64,000 nt of DNA, taken from positions 1-64,000 of the IMG/VR virus record IMGVR_UViG_3300042556_001053; one strand, 5' to 3'. Both the position numbers and the translations under genes were made by a program. Under the pieces are notes generated by a model. That model saw only the letters and a list, made by a program, of their open reading frames with translations, was not told the DNA's origin and did not search any database. Origin of the DNA: a virus. This document shows, piece by piece, positions 1 through 9,309 of this stretch. Position 1 is the first letter of the stretch. Every line of letters begins with the position of its first letter.

Positions 1-2015
1 TCTGTTACTGCATCTGCTAATGTAAATGGCATTGGTGTATCCCCTGCTGATTCTGCTCTGTCAGTAAACTCAACAAATGCTTCGGCAAGTGCTGGGTTAG
101 ACTTCATCTGTTCAGCAATCTGTGCAACTTCTGACGGCTTAATACCAAGGTCTTCTGCAACTTCTACTTTTGCTTCTTGCGTCAATGCTTTGAGTGTTTG
201 ACTTACTGCTGTAATTTGTTCAGGGGAAAGAGTAACTAACTTATTATCCTTGCTTGTAAGGTTAGCAATAACTCCAGACAAGTCTTCTGCTGTCCCAGTA
301 CCCTTTTCAGGAATAAGTTCTGCTAAAACTTCATCTTTAATTTCTACATCTGGCTCAGTCCATGGGTTTTCTTCAGGCTCAGGATCTGGTCCTGGTTCTG
401 GTGAAGGTTCAGGCGTAGGCTCTTCTGTGGGTTCCTCAGTAGGCTCTGGAGTTGGTTCTGGAGTTTGTTCTGGATCTGGTGTAGGTTCTATTGTAGGTTC
501 AGGAGTTGGCTCCTCTGTAGGCTCTTCTGTAGGCTCTTCTGTAGGCTCTTCTGTAGGCTCTTCTGTAGGCTCAGGAGATGGCTTTGGCGTAGGACTAGGC
601 TTTGGTTCCTCTGTAGGCTCTTCTGTAGGCTCAGGGCTTGGTTCCTCTGTTGGCTCATCTGTAGGCTCTTCTGTAGGCTTTGGAGATGGATCATCTGTAG
701 GTTCAGGACTTGGTTCTGGGGTGGGTTCTGGGGTAGGCTCTGGAGTTGGTTCTGGAGTAGGCTGATTGGCTGCAGCGTTAGCTGCTGCCTGAGCAATAGC
801 AGACTGAATCTCTCTTTGTAATTGTTCTTCATAGTAACGCCATGCGTTATCAATCGCACTATTAAGATTATTTATTGACTGCTCGTATGCATCTTCAGCA
901 TTATTTTTATTTTGCAATGCAGTGGCAACATTTAAAACTGCGTTGTTATATTCGTTTGTTTTATTAATTAATGTTTGATTATAATTATTTAATGTTGAAA
1001 CTGCTTGATTATAAATATTTAGTTTGTCATTATATACATCTTGTGCTAAGTTCTTTGTAGCAAGTGCTTGGTTATAATCATTTATCTGCTCCTGTGTTGC
1101 ACCTGGTCCAGAAGAAAATGTATTAAGGTTACAGCTAAAATTTTGTCCCCAGACTCTTGGATTTCCAGCATAGTCACATCCTGCTCCAGTCCATCCTCCA
1201 GGAATTGCCCATCCAAGATGATATGAACCTGGGCCTCCGCCGTTATACCACCATATTTCTACATCTAAAGTCTTGTCTTCACTAACATCATATGCTGGAG
1301 AATAGTCGCTCCATGTAGCACCTTGCTCTACCCAGTTATCAACGGCAAGTTGCCCATCAACATACATTCTAAACCCATCATCTGTATATCCTGCAAAGTA
1401 GGTTGATGTGAACCAAGACGGTACTGTTATTTGACCAGTGAACTTAACTATAAAGTTTTCGTATCTGTTACCACAAACTGGTAGTTGCATGTGGCTTGAG
1501 TTCCAAGTACCAGAACAAATCACAGATCCTGGGGTAGCGACATTACCCTGTCTAACAAGAGTATAAACAGTGTATTCCAAACCTGTTCCTCCAGCAGACT
1601 GCATGTTAGATTGTGCTGTTTGTAGATTAATGTTAGCTACTTCAAGTGCATCTAGTGCATTATTCTTATTAGTTAGGGCAGTGGCTATTGTGGCTGTTTG
1701 TCCATCTACCGCTGATTGGGCTAAATCTTTTTCTTCAAGTGCCGTGGTTTCTGCGTCAAGGGAGTCATCATATAGGACAGAGGTTTGTGTCTTGGCTTCT
1801 TCTGCAGATACGGCAAGATCATATTTGTCTTCTGCTTCTTGGATTAAGGATATAAATTCATCCTTGTATCCAAGGTCGTCTATGCTGTTGTTTAGTTCCT
1901 CAATTTGCTGAGCAGCAACTGTTAGTGGATCGTCAGAGTGGGCCTCTGTAGGGGCTATAAGAAGCCAAGCAAAGGCAAGGGTAGAAACTGTAAATATACG
2001 CAAGAGCTTTTTCAA
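1..2015 (-). CDS. Secreted PA14-domain protein with coiled coils and Pro/Glu/Thr-rich linker (runs off the left edge; absent from ORF track)
   Basis: Manual translation from TTG at 2015 (AGGAG upstream): [27 protein letters not shown] signal peptide; PA14-like [38 protein letters not shown]; [14 protein letters not shown] repeats. Confidence 0.85.
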   Translation of the reverse strand, partial: MKKLLRIFTVSTLAFAWLLIAPTEAHSDDPLTVAAQQIEELNNSIDDLGYKDEFISLIQEAEDKYDLAVSAEEAKTQTSVLYDDSLDAETTALEEKDLAQSAVDGQTATIATALTNKNNALDALEVANINLQTAQSNMQSAGGTGLEYTVYTLVRQGNVATPGSVICSGTWNSSHMQLPVCGNRYENFIVKFTGQITVPSWFTSTYFAGYTDDGFRMYVDGQLAVDNWVEQGATWSDYSPAYDVSEDKTLDVEIWWYNGGGPGSYHLGWAIPGGWTGAGCDYAGNPRVWGQNFSCNLNTFSSGPGATQEQINDYNQALATKNLAQDVYNDKLNIYNQAVSTLNNYNQTLINKTNEYNNAVLNVATALQNKNNAEDAYEQSINNLNSAIDNAWRYYEEQLQREIQSAIAQAAANAAANQPTPEPTPEPTPEPTPEPSPEPTDDPSPKPTEEPTDEPTEEPSPEPTEEPTEEPKPSPTPKPSPEPTEEPTEEPTEEPTEEPTEEPTPEPTIEPTPDPEQTPEPTPEPTEEPTEEPTPEPSPEPGPDPEPEENPWTEPDVEIKDEVLAELIPEKGTGTAEDLSGVIANLTSKDNKLVTLSPEQITAVSQTLKALTQEAKVEVAEDLGIKPSEVAQIAEQMKSNPALAEAFVEFTDRAESAGDTPMPFTLADAVT
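380..765 (-). repeat. 12-bp-unit coding repeat encoding [12 protein letters not shown] linker
   Basis: tandem gtaggctcttct units at about 515-570 and variants. Confidence 0.9.
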
Positions 2016-2037
2016 GTGGTGTACTCTCCTCACACCT

Positions 2038-2046
2038 ATTATATCA
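2038..2046 (-). promoter_or_regulatory. Extended -10 promoter TGATATAAT
   Basis: Upstream of SD and TTG start of the PA14 gene; recurring motif in window. Confidence 0.7.
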
Positions 2047-2070
2047 AATTATTCAGTTAGACATATAGGC

Positions 2071-2101
2071 AAAAAGAAAGGGAGCCAGTTTCCTGACTCC
2101 C
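2071..2101 (-). terminator. Intrinsic terminator
   Basis: GGGAGTCAG-GAAA-CTGGCTCCC followed by TTTCTTTTT, just after the stop of 2119..3525. Confidence 0.9.
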
Positions 2102-2118
2102 AAACTTTTAAGTTATTG

Positions 2119-3525
2119 TTACTTAACTAAAGCAACCTTAGCCTTTGGATTCTTCTTGTTCCACTGAGTGGCCAACTTGTTAAATGCAGCCTTCATGGAC
2201 TTAATCGCTGCAGCATTATCTGCAGTCAACTTAGCAATCTGTGCATCCTTAGCAAGAAGAGCAGCATCTGATGCAGTCTTTGCATCAGCAAGTGCCTTTG
2301 CACCTGCTGCCTTCTCTGTTGCTACAGCATCTGCAACTGCCTTATCTGAAGCAGCCTTTGCATCTGCAATTGCCTTATCTGATGTAGCCTTTAGATCAGC
2401 AAGTGCCTTGGCATGTGAAGCCTTTAGTTCTGCAAGTTCTGCAGTAACTATTGCAAGTGAAGCATTAGCTGCTTCCAACTCCAACTTGAACTGTGCGATA
2501 ATCTTATCTGCAGCAACGCCTGCTTCTGCAAGTGCCTTTAGAGCGCTTGCTTCTGCCTTCTTTGCATCAGTTGCTTCTGCTGTTGCCTTTAGTAGGTCAG
2601 CATTAGCCTTTGCTAGGCTTGCTGCTAGGTCTGACTTAGCCTTAACTTCTGCTTCAAGCTGAGCCTTTGTAGATGCATGTGCAGCCTTCTCAGCAGCAAG
2701 TGCAGCCTTCTCAGCAGCAAGCTCTGAAACTAGATCACGAACTGCAATTTCTGCAAATGGTGAAAGTGTACGAGCAGGAAGTCCAACTACGTCTGCAGAT
2801 GTTGCATCAGAAGATGTTGTTGGAGCAAATGTAATAAGTGAGCGTGTTCCAGTTGCTGGTAGTGTTGCAGTAAACTTTGCAACTCCAAAATCTGAAAGTG
2901 TTGCACCAGTTGTTACTGTTGCTGTATCTAGTGTTGCTGATGCAGCAAAGACTGCTGCTGTAATTGACTTACCAGATACCTTGTTACCAAATGCATCTGT
3001 TGCTGTAACTAGAATATCATGCTTTGTACCAGCAGCTCCTGCTGATGGAGCAGATACTGTTAGGTTGTTGATCTTTCCAGCAGTTCCCTGTACATAGTAT
3101 GTAAGAGTTGTTCCACCGTTGTTGATTACAACTGTACCAATTGCTGTTGTCTTTGTGTAGACAAAAAATGTTGCAGTATTTCCAGTACCTGTTGCAATTG
3201 TCAAAGATGATGATCCTGACGATGCTCCTACTGGTGATGCTGATGTGTGTAGTGCAGACACGATTGTTGCGTTAGTTGCTGAAGCAGTAACTGATGTTCC
3301 TGTTGCAACTGTTGCTACAAAGCGCAATGCATCTGCTGCATCAATTGTGTTGTCCTCTGGGACTGGCAATGAAGCAGGTGTAGCAATTACACCATTAGTT
3401 GTATTTGCTACAGAGTTTAGCGTTACTGCAACAGTCATTACCGTTGCATTCGCAGGTGCTGCTGCGACAGTTCCCAAAGTCATGGCTGCAGCCACGGCAA
3501 GGGCGATCTTCTTAAATGAATTCAT
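2119..3525 (-). CDS. Secreted surface-type protein: signal peptide, Thr/Ala-rich beta (Ig-like) region, long Ala/Lys coiled coil
   Basis: MNSFKKIALAVAAAMTLGTVAAAPANA signal; TATDAFGNKVSG Ig-like motif; AGGAG SD; own terminator. Confidence 0.75.
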   Translation of the reverse strand: MNSFKKIALAVAAAMTLGTVAAAPANATVMTVAVTLNSVANTTNGVIATPASLPVPEDNTIDAADALRFVATVATGTSVTASATNATIVSALHTSASPVGASSGSSSLTIATGTGNTATFFVYTKTTAIGTVVINNGGTTLTYYVQGTAGKINNLTVSAPSAGAAGTKHDILVTATDAFGNKVSGKSITAAVFAASATLDTATVTTGATLSDFGVAKFTATLPATGTRSLITFAPTTSSDATSADVVGLPARTLSPFAEIAVRDLVSELAAEKAALAAEKAAHASTKAQLEAEVKAKSDLAASLAKANADLLKATAEATDAKKAEASALKALAEAGVAADKIIAQFKLELEAANASLAIVTAELAELKASHAKALADLKATSDKAIADAKAASDKAVADAVATEKAAGAKALADAKTASDAALLAKDAQIAKLTADNAAAIKSMKAAFNKLATQWNKKNPKAKVALVK

Positions 3526-3536
3526 TTTTCTCCTTG

Positions 3537-5309
3537 TTATATTAGTTTTAGGTTATCAAGAAAACTCTTGACATCTTCAGGCATTTGCCTGTCTTCCAAT
3601 TCTACCATAGCTCTCTGCTGTCTTGCAACTTTATCCGCAGATCCCCAGGTATGAATCTCTATCTCAATATTCATTTCCTTTGGGGTATGAGAAATGGCAC
3701 CAAATACTGCCCCACAAACAGCATCTGCCAAGTCCTTAGACTTCTTTCTAGGGTGATCTACACGATTACCCTTCATGATCTTAAGCTCTGACATTTCTTC
3801 CAGAAGCAAGGGAATCATGGGCATAGCAATACGCTCTTCATAGACCATCATTGCTAAATCTTCGTAGTGTTTTTTGGCAACAGAAACAGTATCAGTTCTT
3901 ATTCCTACCTGCTTTAGCTCTTGCTGAATATCATATGACTGCCAACGGTCAAATGAAACAATACCAATATTAAAACCTTGTCTGCGTAGATTAATAATCC
4001 ATTGTTTTACTTCAGATAGATTAACGGGTCCTTCTGCCTTTGGTTCCCACCATGCTACTGCATCTACTACAACTATTGGTGCTACCTGTTCATAATCTTT
4101 AATTACCTGGATATTTACCCATTTATCTACGTGAGCAATAGCAACTGCACACTTATCGTGCTTCTGTGCAAGGTCAGCGTGAATGTAATATTGCTTGTCT
4201 GGATCTGGCTTAAAGTTTTCTGCAAATCTTCTAAAGCTATCCACAGGGTTTGTTAAGGTCATACAGTTAATAAGTTTATCCTTTTGCTTAAAGAAAGCAT
4301 CTGATGCATAGGTTGGTGTACACAAGAAGCGCATCATTGCATCTCCTAAGTCTGTTAGGAATGCTATCTTAAAGTCATCAATCTGTCTGGTAGGGTTTAC
4401 TTCCCATGTTGGTCGCTTTAATGCCAATACCTTTGGAATCTTGTATGAAATAATATGATCTTCTTCCCATGCAATCTCAAAGAAGTTGTCTGGGTTATCT
4501 TCTGGTAGGTCTTCGTTAATAATAAACTTATGTGATCTATCTACAATTTCTTTCTCAGCAATTACTGCATCGTACCTTTGTGAAATAAAGTCACCTGGAT
4601 AGCGTGGGAATGAAAGCAAAACTACCTTACCAAGATCAGGAAAACGAGAGTCTACGGTACCACGGAAAGCTTTATATATATTGTCCGCAGTTTTTCCTTG
4701 TTCATTTCCTGTTGCTACTTCTGATGCAAAGCCAGAAATTTCATCAAGCACAGCCATAAACAAGTTCAAACCCTCATGTGATTCACGCTCTGAGTGACCA
4801 GAGTAAACAGTGATTGACTTATCAAACTCAATTGAATCTGCTTTAGGGTTATACTTTCCAGCAAACCAGGGTGATCTTTCAATCTTTGACTTAAACCCTT
4901 TAAAGAAAACATTTTTAGCCTGTTGAGCGTTAATAGCAACGTTAATGATATCAATAGCATCTCCTGCAGGCTTACCGTAGTAGACTGCTGGATCTTTTAA
5001 ACATAACATCTTATATACTACATATGCACATGCTACTGTAGATACGAAGTCTTTTCCAGATCCCTTGCCAAGTTGCAGAATGATCTCATTCTTTGTGTAC
5101 TTTTTAAAATATGCTTCACCATCATCACGAATATCCATTACATCTTCTTTACGATATATCTGACTCATTGCTTCAACTATGTCGTATTGTATATCAGAAA
5201 GCGGTGGTTGGCCAAGATAATCTGGAGACTCAACAAATGTTTTTGCATCTACTGGCTGTTCAACAAAATGGTTTTCCTTTAATACTTCTAAGAACTCTTT
5301 AAAACTCAT
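3537..5309 (-). CDS. terL: Terminase large subunit
   Basis: Walker A GKGSGKD, Walker B AVLDE, nuclease motifs HADLA..D and SKDLADA; likely start is the ATG at 5309 overlapping the upstream TGA (ATGA). Confidence 0.92.
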   Translation of the reverse strand: MSFKEFLEVLKENHFVEQPVDAKTFVESPDYLGQPPLSDIQYDIVEAMSQIYRKEDVMDIRDDGEAYFKKYTKNEIILQLGKGSGKDFVSTVACAYVVYKMLCLKDPAVYYGKPAGDAIDIINVAINAQQAKNVFFKGFKSKIERSPWFAGKYNPKADSIEFDKSITVYSGHSERESHEGLNLFMAVLDEISGFASEVATGNEQGKTADNIYKAFRGTVDSRFPDLGKVVLLSFPRYPGDFISQRYDAVIAEKEIVDRSHKFIINEDLPEDNPDNFFEIAWEEDHIISYKIPKVLALKRPTWEVNPTRQIDDFKIAFLTDLGDAMMRFLCTPTYASDAFFKQKDKLINCMTLTNPVDSFRRFAENFKPDPDKQYYIHADLAQKHDKCAVAIAHVDKWVNIQVIKDYEQVAPIVVVDAVAWWEPKAEGPVNLSEVKQWIINLRRQGFNIGIVSFDRWQSYDIQQELKQVGIRTDTVSVAKKHYEDLAMMVYEERIAMPMIPLLLEEMSELKIMKGNRVDHPRKKSKDLADAVCGAVFGAISHTPKEMNIEIEIHTWGSADKVARQQRAMVELEDRQMPEDVKSFLDNLKLI

Positions 5310-5836
5310 GACCAAAAACCAACTATACAATACTTAACGCCAGAAGTAACTGGGTCTGCTGAATGAATAAACTCTTCTGATGATGGAAATACAAATAGAG
5401 TGTTTGACTTTGCTTTAAATGACTTATTAAGATTGCTAAAGGTAATTGTTCCACCATCATAGTTATCGTTTAGGTACAGCACTGCAGATATTTTTCTAGG
5501 AAATTCTTCAGTAGAATCTATATGCTCTGCAAAAAATTGTCCTGGAACATACCTGACAACATGATATCCTTCTCCAGTAGTTATATTAATACTGTGTCTT
5601 ATTGCATACTCATTAACAATAAAATCAACTTCTTTTCTTAGCAGATCGTTTAATTCAACATCTATTCGTTTAACGTTTGCATCCCTTATATCTTTTGCTG
5701 AAAGCTTATTGTTTGTTTTGTATCTAGACTTCGCAACTCTTGCATCTGCCCATTCATGCTCTGAACAATGACCTAAAACATAGTCTAATTTTATGTTTGG
5801 TACATCATAGATAGAAATCATGTCTAAACTATTCAT
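5306..5836 (-). CDS. 2OG-Fe(II) oxygenase, prolyl 4-hydroxylase-like
   Basis: EHID..YLNDNYDGG..IHSADPVTSGVKY (HxD..H..K). Confidence 0.9.
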   Translation of the reverse strand: MNSLDMISIYDVPNIKLDYVLGHCSEHEWADARVAKSRYKTNNKLSAKDIRDANVKRIDVELNDLLRKEVDFIVNEYAIRHSINITTGEGYHVVRYVPGQFFAEHIDSTEEFPRKISAVLYLNDNYDGGTITFSNLNKSFKAKSNTLFVFPSSEEFIHSADPVTSGVKYCIVGFWS

Positions 5837-6371
5837 TGATATCCACAGAAACTATAGTTAAAACTTCTCCCTCTTTTGCTATTGCTGATAGCCTTTGAAG
5901 GATTATGTCTCTTACATCTGGGTGTGTTGATGCAATATCTCTAAGGATTCCTACCAACACTTCTTGTCTACGTTCAATTTCAACCATTTCTTCGGCAAGC
6001 TCTTTGTTTTCAAGTAGTCCAGCTTTTTGAAGCATATCAATGCGCTTAGACTCAATGTCCATTACAAGCTTAATTGCTGCTGTTTTTGCACTAAGGTTAT
6101 TAGTCATTGATGCTTCGTCAATAACTTCATAAGATTTTAATATAAGCTTACTATAGTGTGCATCAGCTCCAGCAAGTGCATCCTTAGCACGAGCACGAAT
6201 TGCTGTATTATTAGATGTTTTTTCTTTCCATTCATCAATGTATGCAACAACACGAGTTCTTGGAATAGCTAGCTCTTTTGATATGGTTGTTGGGTCGCTA
6301 CCTTTTAGATACTCGCTAACAACATCATTCATTATGTCAAGATGCTTTACTAGTTCTTCTTCAGTTGACAT
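5829..6371 (-). CDS. terS: Terminase small subunit (putative)
   Basis: N-terminal HTH (PTTISKELAIPRTRV), helical body, position upstream of terL. Confidence 0.65.
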   Translation of the reverse strand: MSTEEELVKHLDIMNDVVSEYLKGSDPTTISKELAIPRTRVVAYIDEWKEKTSNNTAIRARAKDALAGADAHYSKLILKSYEVIDEASMTNNLSAKTAAIKLVMDIESKRIDMLQKAGLLENKELAEEMVEIERRQEVLVGILRDIASTHPDVRDIILQRLSAIAKEGEVLTIVSVDINE

Positions 6372-6603
6372 ACTTTCCCTCTAGTCTATTGATTTCATCC
6401 TTAATGTAAAAGATTGCCTTCTCAAGATCTTGAATAGTTTTTGACTCATCTTTAAGTCCTGCTCTCCAAAGATACTTAAATGCATTACCAATATTAAAAT
6501 TACGATGACGAGTAATCTCTATACACTCAACACCAGATGGGTCTGTTGTATAATGACGTGGATGGTTTACCTGATCTACTGTAATATTTAAATTATCACT
6601 CAT
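6361..6603 (-). CDS. DUF3310 / SaV-like protein (T7 gp1.7-like nucleotide kinase family)
   Basis: VNHPRHYT..VECIEI..FNIGNAFKYLWRAGLK..DLEKAIFY signature. Confidence 0.85.
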   Translation of the reverse strand: MSDNLNITVDQVNHPRHYTTDPSGVECIEITRHRNFNIGNAFKYLWRAGLKDESKTIQDLEKAIFYIKDEINRLEGKYVN

Positions 6604-6730
6604 GAATTTGCTCTTCGTCATCTTCCCAATCAAATACTTCTGGCATGCCCTTTAGTGCTGTTATGACGTAAGTTAGTCCAACAGCTCCTGCAACACCAAG
6701 ACCAATAACAACTCTTTGTAATTTATTCAT
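6596..6730 (-). CDS. Small membrane protein, 44 aa (below ORF-track cutoff)
   Basis: MNKLQRVVIGLGVAGAVGLTYVITALKGMPEVFDWEDDEEQIHE*; fills the gap and overlaps both neighbours. Confidence 0.7.
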   Translation of the reverse strand: MNKLQRVVIGLGVAGAVGLTYVITALKGMPEVFDWEDDEEQIHE

Positions 6731-6882
6731 CGCCTACTCTTCCTTAGTCCAAATTTAGCAAGATAAACATAGATAGTTTCTACACTTGCCCCACACTCTT
6801 TTGCAATTTCTTCTGGTGACTTCTTATCAATAAGAAATCGTTTTTTTAGCCATATTTCTGATGTATATAGTTTAGCAGCCAT
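6727..6882 (-). CDS. Small HTH DNA-binding protein
   Basis: MAAKLY..KKSPEEIAKECGASVETIYVYLAKFGL; likely start at 6882. Confidence 0.75.
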   Translation of the reverse strand: MAAKLYTSEIWLKKRFLIDKKSPEEIAKECGASVETIYVYLAKFGLRKSRR

Positions 6883-6886
6883 AATG

Positions 6887-7489
6887 TTATTTGTCAACCC
6901 CAATTGCTTTATCCCAATTAGACAGAGCCCAATGACCAATACCGCAAGCATCTGCAACATCATTATCACTAATAGTTCTATCATAAATAGTATTAATAAA
7001 TCTTATTGTTCTTTCTTTTCTAAGGGTTCTCTCATAAGATTTGTACCAAGAAACAGACTTTCCAGGGTTGGTAGACCTAATGACAAGTTGCTCTTCTTTT
7101 GATATCTTTTTGTTACCAATAAAGTTTTGCCATGTAATTGGAGAAACCTTGCCTATAATCTGTGTTCCAGTTTGTCCTGCTGATCCAAGAATAGCTCCTT
7201 GAACCAAGGCAAGGTCTGCAGCAGTCTTAGGACTATTCATAAATACTGTGTGCTCAATAATAATTGCTTCAAACCCACCGTATATATCAAAAAAAGATTT
7301 TACTTTTTTGCCTGCATCCATAACCTTTTCGTATGTATCTTTTCCTTCAAAGTTAATCTTTCCAACCGTTACTATGTTTTTTGTAAATGTATCAAACACT
7401 GAAAATGCAAGACTATTAGTGCTAGCATCAATAGCACAAATTCTTTTAGGCATAATTGCAACACCCCACTTAGTCTTGTTCATACTCAA
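6887..7489 (-). CDS. ruvC: RuvC-like Holliday junction resolvase
   Basis: ICAIDAS, IIIEH and DNDVADACGIG acidic motifs; start uncertain. Confidence 0.8.
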   Translation of the reverse strand: MSMNKTKWGVAIMPKRICAIDASTNSLAFSVFDTFTKNIVTVGKINFEGKDTYEKVMDAGKKVKSFFDIYGGFEAIIIEHTVFMNSPKTAADLALVQGAILGSAGQTGTQIIGKVSPITWQNFIGNKKISKEEQLVIRSTNPGKSVSWYKSYERTLRKERTIRFINTIYDRTISDNDVADACGIGHWALSNWDKAIGVDK

Positions 7490-7760
7490 TAAATCCTTTA
7501 ATTTCTTTTAACATCTTGTCAACTGCTTTTTTGCTTACATTACAATTAGCACAAAAACCAGAGTCATTGTAGATAGAAAGGGAAGTATTGCATCCGCCTA
7601 AACATCTGCGATCCTTCCCCTTCCTTTTTTGTCTACGAGTTACTTGATATCTTTCTTTAATCTTATCTTTTGTAGCAAGGTCACGACATTCAAGGCTGCA
7701 GTAAATTTGATAACTGACCTTGGGATCAAACCTATTATCACATCTGCTACAAAGTTTCAC
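7470..7760 (-). CDS. Cys-rich putative zinc-binding protein
   Basis: CSRC..YCSLEC..CLGGC..FCANC. Confidence 0.7.
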   Translation of the reverse strand: MKLCSRCDNRFDPKVSYQIYCSLECRDLATKDKIKERYQVTRRQKRKGKDRRCLGGCNTSLSIYNDSGFCANCNVSKKAVDKMLKEIKGFIEYEQD

Positions 7761-8532
7761 TCAGTTCCTCCAGAGATGCTATTTTCACAACACCTACTCC
7801 AGCTTCATCACATGCCTTTTTGATTGGACAGTTTTTACAAACCTTAGAGTTTGATCTGTAGTTCTTTGTTGGAAGCTCTTTAACTTCCCAAGACTTACGA
7901 ACAACTCTCATCCATTCAAAAGCTTCATCAATCCATTTACGGTAATGATCATTTACCTCAACTGGAATTACAAGAAGTTCATGGTTATTTTTATTTTCAT
8001 AAATAAGAACACCCTTTGCCTTCTTAAGAATCTTCATATAAATAAGTATCTGTACAACGTGACCCATCTTAGGCTTTCCTGTACGCTTGCGATACTCAAA
8101 CACTTCATTGTTAGTTGTCTTAACTTCAACAACTACCTCTTCGCCCTTCCAATTAATAAAGTTGTCTACATAACCAAAAATTGGAGGATCATCATTAAAA
8201 ATCTTAAACTCTGAATCAATTGAAATACCAGAGTTCTTAAACGCTGTCTCAATTCTTCCATGAGCAAGAGTTCCATTAGTCATATTTGCTACTGCGTATG
8301 GATCAGAGTTGTCTTCAAATACCGCTCCCTCAAATGCAAGGTACCAATATCGTGGACATTCTCCATGCCCGTAGGCAATAGTAGATGGACCAAATGTTTT
8401 CTTTTGTGTATGCTTAGGCTCACGCCCAACTAGATATCCAGCCTCAATAGCCTTTACAAGCTCCTGTGCATCAATCTGTGCTGGTGTCTCAACCTCTTTA
8501 ATCATTATTTGCTTTAGTAAATTTTTTGTCAT
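7747..8532 (-). CDS. Cas4-like PD-(D/E)XK exonuclease with Fe-S cysteines
   Basis: CPRYWY, GTLAH, GYVD..VEVKT, QILIY, CKNCPIKKAC; start MTKN at 8532. Confidence 0.85.
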   Translation of the reverse strand: MTKNLLKQIMIKEVETPAQIDAQELVKAIEAGYLVGREPKHTQKKTFGPSTIAYGHGECPRYWYLAFEGAVFEDNSDPYAVANMTNGTLAHGRIETAFKNSGISIDSEFKIFNDDPPIFGYVDNFINWKGEEVVVEVKTTNNEVFEYRKRTGKPKMGHVVQILIYMKILKKAKGVLIYENKNNHELLVIPVEVNDHYRKWIDEAFEWMRVVRKSWEVKELPTKNYRSNSKVCKNCPIKKACDEAGVGVVKIASLEELSETL

Positions 8533-8552
8533 TATATTCCTTTGTTTATATA

Positions 8553-8561
8553 AGTATACCA
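8553..8561 (-). promoter_or_regulatory. Extended -10 promoter TGGTATACT
   Basis: In the gap upstream of the Cas4-like gene. Confidence 0.65.
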
Positions 8562-8563
8562 GG

Positions 8564-8866
8564 TTAGCGCATAATATATTTGAGTGCTGATACCAAGTTG
8601 TTAATTGATTCTGCTGCCGTATAATAAAGGTTCTTCTTGCCACGATCTGATTTATCAACATTGGCCATCCACGTAGCCTTAAATGCCATCTTTGCTGCAA
8701 TTGCCTGAAGTCTAACTATCTCTACCGTTGCTACATTTAGAGGAATGTCTGGTTTGATAATAATCTTAGCAATGAAGGTTAGGGCTTGGGTAAGCTCTTC
8801 GTCCTGCATATAATCAGCTATTTCAGATAGTCCATTAACCATTTCTATTGTTGTTTGTTCACTCAT
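8564..8866 (-). CDS. Hypothetical helical protein in recombination module
   Basis: ORF with SD, overlapping the upstream gene. Confidence 0.7.
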   Translation of the reverse strand: MSEQTTIEMVNGLSEIADYMQDEELTQALTFIAKIIIKPDIPLNVATVEIVRLQAIAAKMAFKATWMANVDKSDRGKKNLYYTAAESINNLVSALKYIMR

Positions 8867-9149
8867 TGTCTTCTCCTATTATTTGTTCTATTAGTTCAAA
8901 CTCTGTTATCATTAATCTTATTTTTGAGTTACCCTCACCAAGCACAACAAGTATGGCTGGATCATTACCATTTCTAATTGCATCAGTAACCGCCTTGGCC
9001 CAAACATCTTTATTTAATGTAAAAGACTTGGAGCATTCCTTAAAGTCAACAGTAAAATTTTTCCAGGTTGCATCACCCTTATGGGTATTACGACCAGAGT
9101 TCTTGTGCTGCTTAGCACCAATTCTTTTACTTTCCGCTCTTTCGCTCAA
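8859..9149 (-). CDS. Hjc-like PD-(D/E)XK endonuclease/resolvase
   Basis: NSG..KGDA..VDFKE..W.KA..DA pattern. Confidence 0.65.
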   Translation of the reverse strand: MSERAESKRIGAKQHKNSGRNTHKGDATWKNFTVDFKECSKSFTLNKDVWAKAVTDAIRNGNDPAILVVLGEGNSKIRLMITEFELIEQIIGEDNE

Positions 9150-9309
9150 AGTCTTTCCTTGTCATAATAATTGGCACCCTTGACAGGTGTTTGCTAGAAC
9201 ACATCCATGTCAGGTCTGCACTTTCTTTCCATAATCTTACAGATGTAACTTCTTCTCCACATGTCTTGCATGGAAACTTACCTGAAAATATTTTAAATTT
9301 TTCAGACAT
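9127..9309 (-). CDS. Small zinc-ribbon protein
   Basis: CKTC..WMCSSKH. Confidence 0.7.
   Translation of the reverse strand: MSEKFKIFSGKFPCKTCGEEVTSVRLWKESADLTWMCSSKHLSRVPIIMTRKDFERKSGK

Noticed and set aside
250-859. Gly/Ser-rich, CRLF-repeat and SLQK-repeat ORFs
   Set aside because: Antisense or off-frame shadows of the PTPE/PTEE repeat in the real minus-strand PA14 gene
7747-8532. CRISPR-Cas system suggested by the Cas4-like gene
   Set aside because: No repeat-spacer array or other cas genes; solo Cas4-like nucleases are common in phages
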